A stretch of DNA of 64,000 nt from Callorhinchus milii (lineage: Eukaryota). Both the position numbers and the translations under genes were made by a program. How positions within the stretch are numbered: the stretch's first letter is position 1; every line of letters starts with the position of its first letter. This document shows positions 14,534 to 25,736 of this stretch, piece by piece. The notes under the pieces were generated by a model. That model saw only the letters and a program-made list of their open reading frames with translations. It ran no database searches and was not told the origin of the DNA. The stretch is taken from positions 496,001 to 560,000 of the forward strand of contig NW_024704778.1 of the NCBI RefSeq assembly GCF_018977255.1, written 5' to 3'.

Positions 14534-16469
14534 AACTAGTATAGTTATAGGAAGCAAGCGGGGTGGCTGATGTGGAGGCAAACACCAGATTTCATAGACC
14601 AAATGGCCCGTTTCTGAGCTATTAACTTCTGCTTCTACGTACACGGGAATCTCTGGAGATGTGGATCGTGTTCAAGCAGGAAGAGACTGAACTGCAGACG
14701 TGGGAATTCAATCTAACCACCCATTTCAGCAAGGAGCATTCAGAACTGACAGAAGGTCTGACTGAACAGTGAGAAACAACGCTGGTTGTTATAGGCCTGT
14801 CAGTGGGATCATGAATCACTGCAGCAAACGCTGGAAGAATGTAATCTGGATCCAAAGATTTCTTTTACCAATAATTACATCGCCTTGCCCAAAGAAAATA
14901 AATAGTAATCCTTGCATTTGATATAGTGCCTTATCACGGCTTCGAGACATCTCAAAGCGCTTCACAGGATATACAGTAAAGTGTAGTGACTGTATTTTGT
15001 GGGCGAATTGTGGCAGCCAATTATTTTGTAACCTCAACAACTATCTCTAACTCCTCACACGGGACAGACAAAATACACACAATCTAGGGAAGGACAAGGG
15101 AGAAAGAATTACCTAAGTGTCTACACAATTTCCAATTAAAGCAACACAGAAGGCACGCCATCTGACTACAACTTCCTTCCAATCCAATTAGTTATTAAGA
15201 GACAGAAATCTGCAATTCAATCAGAGCCTTACCACTTCCTCATCTCACACACGTCTGGCCACCAAACTGGAATGCTCCCCGTTTGCCACCAGCAATAAAC
15301 TAGACCATATTGATTGTGTAAAAAAGCTGCGACAATCTGCTCAGCGCTGGTGCGGATGGAGAGGAAGGAGATCAAAGTTTGGAAAACCACAGCTTTAAGA
15401 TGGAAAGTCAACTCTACATGCTTCCAACAGCACTGCATAATCTTAGTCTTCACAAGCATTAATTTTACAGCACAGAAAGCGGCCATTTGGACCATCGCGC
15501 CTATGCTCATTCTTGATATAATTCTGTAAATCTCTTCTGCATCCTCTACTATGCCAAAATTACAAAACAGGAGAAAGGACATTTCAATTCTTATTCTACA
15601 TCGACCGAGAGCACAAGGCTAGGCAGAAAGAAAAACAATTGGATTTCTGCTCAAAATGCATTTGCACATCTTATACAGGATCAGATTATTAAATAACACC
15701 ACCTGTGATCTGACCATCCTGTTAAATCAAGAACTACACTCGATGAAGCAATAATTGGGATCCCATGGTGATTTATAAAAGGCTTTCTCTCCAATAATGG
15801 TGAGTTGCCAAGGTACTCCAAGTTAATGTTGGACTTTTGTGTGAGCCTCTGTAAAGTTGTTACCAGCAGGCGTCTCAATTATTCCTTGAAACACGAGCAA
15901 TTCTTTGCCTTCAAGTTTGACTCCACATGATTTTTTTTACACTAGTTAATTGCATTTGATGTGGAGGAAGAGAGAGAGAGAGAGAAAGATAACACAAGAA
16001 CATGCACACAATAAAAAAAAAGAATAATTTGTTCGATTCCTGGTAATGTGCAACTCATGTTTCCACGTGCAATCTCTCTCCCCCCCAAACCCCCTAACAG
16101 TAATTGGGTCCTGTTGTGAGATGCTGTTGCGAGGTGCACTGGGTTGAGCACTGTTCATGTGGATATTATTCCTTTAAGCGAATAAGTTTCTCTCTCCCAG
16201 TGTCCTAGTCAACTATCCCCCGTCAAATAAAATAGGTCATTCACTTTGTGGCCGTTTAGGGAACATTATCCTGTGACAAAGCACATTTGAGATATCCTCC
16301 AGGCTTGAAAGGCGCAATAGCAAATGGAAGGATCCTGGTTATTAAGTCAACGGCCACAAAATACACAGTCAATTTATGTTACAGTATATCATGTGAAGCG
16401 CTTTGAGAAGTTTCAACAACGTGATATCAAATGCAAGGATTATTACTATCTCCTCACTGTGTGACTTAC

Positions 16470-16621
16470 CATCTTTGCCAATTTCACAGCATCGGCCGTG
16501 AGCTGGTCCCTCAGGTGCTGGTCCAGTTGAGCGGCAGGAGCAATCTCCACAACCTTCTGGTGACGCCTCTGGATGGAACAGTCCCTCTCGTACAAGTGCA
16601 CCACATTCCCATACTTATCAC
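16470..16621 (-). CDS. PC: Pyruvate carboxylase, coding exon 6 (152 nt)
   Basis: cag|GT GAT AAG...AAG ATG|gtaagt; encodes [50 protein letters not shown]. Confidence 0.97.
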
Positions 16622-16972
16622 CTGAGGAGAAAATTAGGCACTGCCTCAATAACAATCCTTACACTTGACCTAACATACTGTGGAGCACTGTAGGGTAGTG
16701 GTTAAAGCACTTGCCTCGCAAGCGAGCGGACCCAGGTTCGATTCCCGGGCAGGACAGGGCGACAACTTAGGCAAGTTTTCTTACTCCTCTGTTTACCTAG
16801 CGGTAAGTAGGAACCCGGTTGTTAGACGATTGGCTGATCACTTTCTGTGGGAGTAATAATCTTTTGGAAAAGGCAAGGCTCCTACCAACTGACCAGACTG
16901 ATACAATGACCTGACAGTGTGCAAGGAGAGGTAGCACCTTTTCTCACACTCACACACCCTGAGGTAACTTAC

Positions 16973-17090
16973 CCAACACTTGCACTTCTATGTGCCGGGG
17001 TCGTTCGATGAACCTCTCCACGAAGAGTGCGCCGTTGCCGAAGGCAGATAGTGCCTCAGAGTAAGCTCGCTGGTAATTCTCCTCCAGATC
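16973..17090 (-). CDS. PC: Pyruvate carboxylase, coding exon 5 (118 nt)
   Basis: tgtag|GAT CTG GAG GAG AAT TAC...GTG TTG G|gtaagt; encodes [39 protein letters not shown]. Preceded by a short 86-nt intron. Confidence 0.97.
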
Positions 17091-17176
17091 CTACACACAG
17101 CAACAACAGTCACTTGACACGAACAATATTTTCTTACAACATAGCATTTAAATTGTTGTGGCCGTTGCTGCCTTAC

Positions 17177-17322
17177 CTCATATTTGCGGACCACTCTCAT
17201 GCCTCTGCCGCCACCTCCGTAAGCAGCTTTGAAGATGATTGGAAACCCATAAGTGTTGGAAAACTCTTGGGCCTCCGACAGGGTTGATATAGGTGCATCT
17301 GTTCCGGGTACAACCGGCACAC
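17177..17322 (-). CDS. PC: Pyruvate carboxylase, coding exon 4 (146 nt)
   Basis: cag|GT GTG CCG...TAT GAG|gtaagg; encodes [48 protein letters not shown] (ATP-grasp Gly-rich loop). Confidence 0.97.
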
Positions 17323-17964
17323 CTGGGTGGAACGAGGCAATCGTGATTGGAAACACTGTAAGCTCACATACACCGTGTATAATTTTGGAAAGGGCAGTTA
17401 TTTTAGAAACGGCATTTACTTTGCCCCCCGCCGCACCCCGCTCGGGTCCTAATCCCTGACCGTTCAGCGTCGTGGGACGTCCTCCCGACGTGAAAGACGC
17501 TTTCCAAATCTAATTCTGTATTGTATCCCTGGGTGGAATGAATAAGGCAGCTGAACGCGTTAGTTACCCCCTCACTTCACACTATGTTTTCATAATAATC
17601 CTTGCATTTGATATAGCGCTTTATCACGTCATCTACGTCCACTGCTAGAGACTTGAACTTTTACGACAGTTGGGAGCTCAGAGATAGGAGGGGCTTCTGA
17701 GTAAATAGCAGTATATTAGCTAATAGACTAATAGATTAATCATCTTTTCCCAAAGCTCCTGCGGTCATTTATTATTATTATAAATGGAAACTGGGTTTAA
17801 CATCTCGTTGTACAGTGCAGTGAGGTGTGACTGGAACCCACCATGTTCTTACCCAAGGCAAGCGTGCTACCAACTGTCTCAGGCTGACGCCCCAATCCCA
17901 CTCCCTTAAAGGATGACAATTGAGGGGTATAAAGTGAGAGTAGAACAGCCTCAGGTAACCATAC

Positions 17965-18130
17965 CGGCCTGTTTAGCGATGGCTCGTGCCTCCACCTTGT
18001 CCCCCATTTTGTGCACCACTTCGGGAGTCGGTCCAATGAAGCAGACTCCTGCGTCAATACAGGCCTGAGCCAGGTCTGCTCTCTCTGACAGGAAGCCATA
18101 CCCTGGGTGAATGGCATCCACTGAATTCTC
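17965..18130 (-). CDS. PC: Pyruvate carboxylase, coding exon 3 (166 nt)
   Basis: cag|GAG AAT TCA GTG GAT...CAG GCC G|gtatgg; encodes [55 protein letters not shown]. Confidence 0.97.
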
Positions 18131-19194
18131 CTGAATAGAGGAGATTGGGAAAAGTTAATCAAAGCAACAACTTGCATTTACACAGGTCCCTTCACGCGGG
18201 CAGCATCTCGGAGTGCTTCACAGTGGCCGAGCTGTGGGGAGGGAGGAAGTGACTGTAAACAAGGTCAAAGAGGAAGGTCTTCAGGCACGATCTAAAAGAG
18301 GAGGAGGGGGCAAGGAAGACGGATTGGGGAGAGAGTTCCAAAGCTTTGTGGCGCAGTGGCAGAAAGCATGGCTGCCGGGGATGGAGCAGAGGGGCCGAGG
18401 GACAAAGCAGGAGGCCGGAGAAAGCAGTTCAGAAATGTAAGGAGGTGGCAAGCATTTAAATGACAAATCTACAACCCCCAACCTCCCCATAGAGCCAGCC
18501 TTAGGACAACATTTTCCACAGCCAACATTTTTGTTAGCGACCTTCTAGTCACTGACCCCTTAAACATTTCTCTTGAAAACAGAAGTTTGTTTCCGAGAGA
18601 GAGAGACAGATTTCTTGAGGACCCTTCTGCACCTCTGTTGCTCTCTCTCAAGGTCTCAATAGTTACGGTTCAGTTAAAATATGGTTAAAAGGGACTTTAC
18701 AATAATTGTGCGTTTCACACATCAACACACCCGGTCACACCCCAGTGAAAAAGCAATTCGCATTCATTTTCCTCTTCGAACCCAGCAACTCTCATTCATC
18801 AACTCAGTTTTAATTTGTGGTTAGACGGGCGACGACACTTGAGCAGGATTACAGCCCAAATTTCACTCATGACTACATCTCTCGTCTATCCAGTCATTGC
18901 CAAGTAATAACATTATACAACTGCTCAAAAACACCTCTTATCTCAAATAAGAGCACAAAAGAAATTTCTATAATTTATATCAGGAAATTATTTTGCCCAC
19001 AAAATATACAGTCAATTTACATAACAGTATAATCAAAGTGAAGCGCTTTGAGACATCTCGAAGATGTTATATGGCGCTATATCGAATGTAAAGATTATTA
19101 TTATTAAATGGGATGGGAGTTGATAGCTGTCTTGGGGGGAGCGAGAACCACAAAGCACAATACAAGTGCGTGCCCAGAATCTCTGATCACTTGC

Positions 19195-19379
19195 CTTTGC
19201 GACTTTGATGATATCAGGAATGTTCAGGTAGGCCTCGACAGGAGGCAGTCCTTTCCCAATGAGGTAGGCTTCATCAGCTTTCTGCCTGTGCATCTGCCCG
19301 GTGTCCTGCTCGGAGTAAACAGCCACCGTCCGGATGCCGAGCTCTGTGCAGGCTCGGAACACCCTGATGGCGATCTCAC
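19195..19379 (-). CDS. PC: Pyruvate carboxylase, coding exon 2 (185 nt), ends in a GC donor
   Basis: cag|GT GAG ATC GCC...GCA AAG|gcaagt; encodes [61 protein letters not shown]. Confidence 0.96.
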
Positions 19380-20039
19380 CTGTTTCACAAACCAGAACAA
19401 GGAGCACGTTTAGCTGTCTGTTTTAATCCTCTCTCCAGTGTTCAACACAACACACCATCAGTACAGAATGGAGATGCAAATCATAGAACTTTGAATATAA
19501 ATAATAATCCTTAGATTTGATATAGAGCCTTATCACGTCGTCGAGACGTCTCAAAGCGCTTCAGAGTATAGTGTAAAGTGTAGCGACTGTGTTTTGCGGG
19601 CAAAATGCAGCAGCCAATTGTGCACAAGGATGTCCCACAAACAGTCGTGGATTCACCCAGTCATGTCTGTACGCAATTGGCTGCCGCGTTTCGCCCACAA
19701 CAGTCACCACACGTTACAGTATGGTGTGTGAAGCGCTTTGAGACATCTCAAAGACATGATAAGGCGCTGTATCAAATGCAATTATTATCATCATCATCTT
19801 TTCCCTCCCTGTCCGCCTCAGCTCTCAACCCCAGCTCATGTACCAAATCAGGATCGTCAAGCGCCTTGGGACATTCTCCTCGGTGAAAGGAACTAAATAA
19901 CTGTAAATCTGGGTTTGCATGGAAGCAAAATGATGAGGGTGAATAAACTTCTGACGGTGACAGTGAAAAACTTGTCCTGGTAAACGGTAATGGGGTGGGA
20001 GCACTGAACCGGGAACAAACCCAGCGATGATGCAAGAGG

Positions 20040-20092
<53 letters not shown>
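20040..20092. repeat. (CTAA)n microsatellite, about 13 copies
   Basis: ctaactaactaac... run. Confidence 0.97.
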
Positions 20093-20449
20093 GCACACTT
20101 CCCTCACAGTAAGCCTCATCCAGTCTATGTGCAGCTCATTCACACCACCAAGTGGTCAGAGATTTCTTTGCAACCGCAATTCATTTCTAACTCCAGTAGG
20201 ACCACAAAATCTCACATAATTAATATCTCCCTTGTATTTGACGTAGCGTCTTACGCCTGGCTGGAATAACAACAGCGATGGCTTGGCCCTTATCGTCAGA
20301 GGACAGCGAGACTCGGGTGCTAACTGAGCACTGTCTGACATAGACTTTTTATGGCTCTCACATAAACAGCTTCTGCCACACACACACCACTCTCAGTTCA
20401 GTTAGTCTGACTACTCATCCCTCTTTACTGAAGGGCTTGGGTCTCTTAC

Positions 20450-20585
20450 CTCTGTTGGCCACCATGACTTTCTTGATCGGCTTGAATTGTACTTGGCGTG
20501 TGCTTTGAAAGGCTGCATGGAGCACGGTGACACGTTTCACCCCCAGCAAGCTTAAGCCCCCTTTGATATATCTGAGCTGCAGCAT
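20450..20585 (-). CDS. PC: Pyruvate carboxylase, first coding exon (136 nt; mitochondrial transit peptide)
   Basis: ttccag|ATG CTG CAG...AAC AGA G|gtaag; encodes MLQLRYIKGGLSLLGVKRVTVLHAAFQSTRQVQFKPIKKVMVANR. The ATG directly follows an acceptor, implying upstream non-coding exon(s). Confidence 0.95.
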
Positions 20586-21621
20586 CTGGAAATGATAGTA
20601 GCAAAGGTAAGGAAACAATACAACACTAGCTTGCATTTATATAGCGCCCCTCATGCAGGGTAGCGTCCCAGAGCGCTTGAAGAATATACATTTGTATAAA
20701 ATAATTTAAATAATAATAATTCTTGCATCTGATAATACAGCACCTCGTCACAGAGTTGAGATGTCTCAAAGCGCTTCACAGGGATACACTGTAAAGTGTA
20801 GTGACTGTCCTTTGTGGTCATCTTTCACATCAGGAGGAGTTATATTTATTACATTAAAGAATTACGTTTACGAGATGTAAATGTATATGGCACCTTTCAC
20901 ATCTCAAACTGCTTAAACATTAAAAACGTGTTTCGGTCACATTTTCGGTTTCACTAAAAAGTGAACCAACAGCTGTGAACTGACAAGAACTGAAGGTGCA
21001 ACGTTGAACCACAATCCCCACGTCAGGAAAACCCTTCAACACGGTTTGACCATTTCACCTCCCAGCACAAACAGGTGACCACAGCATCTTAATTGGAAGC
21101 AGCTCTCCAATATCCTCACTAAATTAGCAGGAGATTCACACAGTACAGCGCGTTAATTAGCGAGGACGAGAGTGATTACAACATGGCGCCAGGTGCATCC
21201 ATTGCTGTCTTTGTGAATGATATGGACAGGCTGATCTTCAGATAAGTGAGTTGCATGCCTGGAATTCCTGAACGTACTGAATTAATCGATTTCCCAAGGC
21301 CCTGTTACTTAATACTTTCAATTGCTCAGGCCTCAACATTCAGTCTGGCGTGAGGAATTCACGATAAACGCTCTATAAGAGGTTAGACACTGTCCAAATA
21401 CAGACAGAATACCAGGAAAACAAGCACAACAGACCCAGGTCTAGTTTGTAAAGTAATGCAAACCTCTTGTCAATCTGATAGGGAGTGGAGTCATTGGCAG
21501 CCCATGCAGCCACACATAGGGCTGACGATCACAGATGAATGGAGGACAAAGGAGTCAGGGAGGGAAGAGCTGAGTGAATTCAGCATTAAAACAAACATTC
21601 TAGTTTCACAGCACAACTTCT

Positions 21622-21970
21622 GAGATTGTTCTCCTTAGAGCAGAGAAGGTTGAGGGGAGATTTACTAGAGGTGTTCAGTATTATGAGAGGTTTTGATAGA
21701 GTAGATAGGAAGAAACAGTGGGTTGGTAGCCAGAGGATACAGGTTTAAGATAATTGGCAAAAGAACCAGAGGAGAGATGAGGAGACATTTTTTCATGCCT
21801 GACCCGGCTCTTTGAAAGAGCTACCACTCGCACTCCTCCGCTCTTACCCCATAGCCCTGCACATTTTTCCTTTTCATGTACCTTTCCAATTCCCTTTTGA
21901 AAGCTATTATTGAATCCGCTTCCACCACCCTTCCAGGCAGTGCGTTCCAGACCATAACGACTCTCTGGGT
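21622..21970. mobile_element. Two CR1-type LINE 3' fragments in opposite orientations
   Basis: Plus strand FSLEQRRLRGDLLEVFSIMRGFDRV; minus strand TQRVVMVWNALPGRVVEADSIIAFKRELERYM. Confidence 0.8.
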
Positions 21971-22397
21971 TGTTATTGTCAAAGAGGAAGGTCTTGAGGT
22001 GGACCTTGACGGAAGTGAGGGACAGGACGAAGTGAAGAGAGTCTGGGATGGAGCTCCAGAGAGTGGGCTGAAAGCCCGATCACGAGATGGTGGGCTGGGC
22101 AAGCTGGAGGGAGGGACATGAAGGAGGCTGGGGGATGTGGATAAGGCCGCTGTGTGCCAAGCAGAGGGAGAGCTTTCACTAACCCACCATCCGGTCCCAA
22201 AGTAAAAAAACTCAAATCGATTTCTTCATCAAATAGGTATCCAATTACCTCTTGAAGGTGCTGACACAGTCTGGTAACCAACTCCCAGGATAGTTAGTGC
22301 ATTTCACTGTGGTGTCAGACACACACACAGACCGTCACCATGCTTACGATTATACAAACCAAATGTACTGCGAGTTCCATATAGGTATGGACCTTTA

Positions 22398-22763
22398 ATA
22401 ATAATAATCCTTGCATTTGATACAGCACCTTATCATGTCTTTGAGACGTCTCAGAGCACTTCACAGGATATATTATAAAGTGGAGTGATTCTGTATTTCG
22501 TGGGCGAAACGTGGCAGCCAACTGGGACACTGCTGTGCGCAAACACTCGTGGATTGAGTGACCAATTTTTTTGGAGAGATTGTTACTCTCGGAAAGCAAT
22601 CCGCCAATCGACTAATAACCGGTTTCCTACTTACTGCCTGGTAAACAGAGTCGTGTGTGTGTGGGGTAAGGAAACTTACCCAAAGTTTCCCCCTGTCCGG
22701 GAAACGAACCCGGGTACTCTCGCTTGCAAAGCGAACCCGCTAACCACTACGCTACAGAACTCC
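22398..22763 (-). mobile_element. tRNA-derived SINE, near full length
   Basis: Same head, core and tail modules in reverse orientation. Confidence 0.85.
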
Positions 22764-24471
22764 AATTCCCGTTTAAATGTTATGGCCTCAGCCTCAATAA
22801 TCACTTGTGGCAATGCAGTCCACATTCCCTTCTAAACTACCATGTGAATAAAATCTAACCTACCCCCAGTTACAACAAGGAGGTGACCAATTCACCAATG
22901 AGTGGAACAGAAGATCAGCCATGATTGAATGGCGGGGCAGGCTCGAAGGCTGAATGGCCTATTTCTGCTCCTACGTGTTATGCTAATATCCTTTCTACTT
23001 TTGAAGAGATTCCACCAGGCACGTCACCCGAAACAATTTCACAATCTACACTCTACATTTCCGGTCCAGATGTAGAAAATAGGACATGTACAAATCTCTG
23101 CCAGCCCTCAAACAAAAACCCTCCATGTTAATTGGTCGCTCACTGCAAAGCCGTTTGTGGCATCTTGTTCTGTGCACAATTGGCTGCCCCGTTTCCCTCA
23201 CAGAATGTATAGTCACTCCACTTTACAGTATACTCTGTGAAGCACTTTGAGACGTCTCAACGACATAATAAGGCGCTGTATCAAATGCAAACATTGTTAT
23301 AATTATCTTACCGTGTGCAAATTTGCCTACACAGTCACTACAGTGAAATGCTTTGTGAAACTATGTGTGATATTGCATCGTTTTTTGGCACTATATCAAA
23401 TGCAAGTGGTATAACTCCCACTCTCCTCCCATGACTAGGAATATTGCTGTTCGATATAAAAGTGTATCTATCCACAGGAAAATATTTTCAGGAAATGAAT
23501 TGACAAATACAAATAGCAGGAACTTAAAACTCTTGAAACTCAGATTGAAGGATGATTGAAACAGCATCCATTAAACCTTTTATTGCTTAACACCCCCCCC
23601 TTCCCAGGGATGGAATTCAGTGATCTCAGCCAATAGAGTACATTCCTTAAATAGACCTACACTCAGGCAGCAGTTTTCAATCAAAATACAAATGTTCAAT
23701 TCACTGGCATGCCACATCAGCACACTTTTCACACACAGACAACATACACACACACACACAAAAAACAGTCATTTCAATTTCAAACGCTCAGATTGAAGAA
23801 GCTCAAAGCATTCGCACTTGCAAAGCCTGCACTACTTACTCTGAACTCTACACGGTGACTGTGGGAACACTGGCCAACGATGACCGACAAGACAGACAAC
23901 CTTCACCAGCAGCTAGGCTGAGAGGTCTTGTATTTCAATGATATGCTATGCAGATGAGCCAGTCCACAATTCTCTTTCCCTCCCCCCAGAGTGAGATGTT
24001 GCCTCCCTCCCTCTATGGCACACATTACGTGAGCAGAACACATGCACTGTGGTCAGCTAAGCGAACACTGATAGAGAATAAATACCCCCAGGTCTTATCT
24101 GGAGGAGATTGTGCTGACCTCGTCCTGCCGCAAAACGAGAAAAAACAACAAGGTAAATTCTCTTCTTCCCACAACTTATTTCACTTTAATACATTTCAAG
24201 AAAAGGCTGAAAAGTTATATTAAAAACACGGAATAAGTGTTAAATGGTTTGGTTGACCTAGTCAAAACCGGTGAGGGGAGGGAAGAGGAAGAAAGTGGAA
24301 AATAAAGAGGCGAAAGTGAAAATTGTCACAAAGTGAGCAGTGTCTGACGAGCTTCCTGCTGTTTGCCCGACTAGAGACTACACTAACAGGAAACTGACAA
24401 TGTCCCAATCAGCCTTGGTTCATGGAGGGCAGCCCTACGGGCAACGATCAAAGGGTGCCTCACTTCCACCA

Positions 24472-24826
24472 TAATAATAATCCTAACATTTGATACAGGG
24501 CCTTACCATGTCTTACTCAAAGAGTTTCATAGAGTATAATGTAAAGTGTAGTTAGTGACTGTGTATTTTGTGGGCGAAATACAGCAGTGCCCCATAAACA
24601 GACATGGATTGAGTGACCAAATCATTATTTTTTTGGAGGGATTATTACCCCCGGAAAAGCAATCCAGCAAGTGACTGACAACCGGGTTCCTACTTACCGC
24701 TAGGTAAACATAGGCGCGTGTGTGGAGTAAGGAAACTTGCCTAATGTTTCGCTCTGACCCGCCTGGGATTCAAACTCAGGACCTCCCACTTGCGAGGCGA
24801 GTGCTCTAACCACTGAGCTACATGAC
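24472..24826 (-). mobile_element. tRNA-derived SINE, near full length
   Basis: Same family, reverse orientation. Confidence 0.85.
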
Positions 24827-25608
24827 TGTTCACACGCACTGTTACTTTTTTGGTGTTTTGAACAACCGACCGACCTTCGATCGATCTGGGAGAGCAAAGT
24901 TTATGTTTTGTAATGTTTAGTTTAATTCATGTTTGGTGGAATACCTGAGTGCTTTTTGCACATAGTTTGCATTTTTTTTAAAAAAAAATAATTAATTATG
25001 TCAAATCCCTCGGTTTTTTTTGTCTTTGGCTTCCAGCATGTGGTGGGGTCAGCTGTACCAGCAGAACCTCTGTGCTTTTCAATGCAAGTAGTCCTTTTCA
25101 GGACATCCTGTTGTCAATGGGGTCTAACGTGAGGTATTCCTTAAGGAAGGGTGGCACCAACTGGTAGCTCATGGGCCGATTTCCCTCCCGTCCCTCAATT
25201 TGTCCTGGCCCACCCACTCCCTCCATAACCCGTAGATCATCAATGGGCAAGCTGCGTGGTTTTACTTGGTTAGACTCAAGCAGTTACCCCAAAGCACACT
25301 CTGGGCTCGCCCCGAGCCTTGGCTCTTGCCAAACTGCGCCTATTACTCTCCGTAATTAGATAAGCAGGACGTATCCCTCCAGGGATAGAGAGAGTGCATT
25401 CCATTCCAACAATCTATCTGTGGGACTTCCATGTGTAGGTGGGATGCATGGAAATATCTGCTTGGTTTGGAGACTCTTAAGCATGGTGATGGGTTTCTGC
25501 GTGTATCAGACATCCGACTGGCTCAAAACAAGTGCACAAATCACATTCAAGCTAGTCATGCTACAATAGTTGCAGACTGTAATGTGTACAACGTTAGAAG
25601 TGTCTTAC

Positions 25609-25736
25609 CTTTAAATCGAGCTGTTACTTGGCACCTTTGAAGACGAGTTCAATGAACAGGAGCAGCCCAGGCTCAGGGAAAGAAGGGACACAAAATCCTT
25701 GTGTGTGACCGGAAGCTAGGATGCACCATACATCAG
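25609..25736 (-). other. PC: Candidate non-coding 5'UTR exon of PC (128 nt)
   Basis: Unique sequence bounded by tgtattgtatactttgactttcag| and AAG|gtaaga on the minus strand, between the CpG promoter and the ATG exon. Splice signals are the only evidence. Confidence 0.35.

Noticed and set aside
20040-20092. ACTAAC array as QKI or branch-point sites
   Set aside because: The motif is antisense to the PC transcript; an ordinary tetranucleotide microsatellite.
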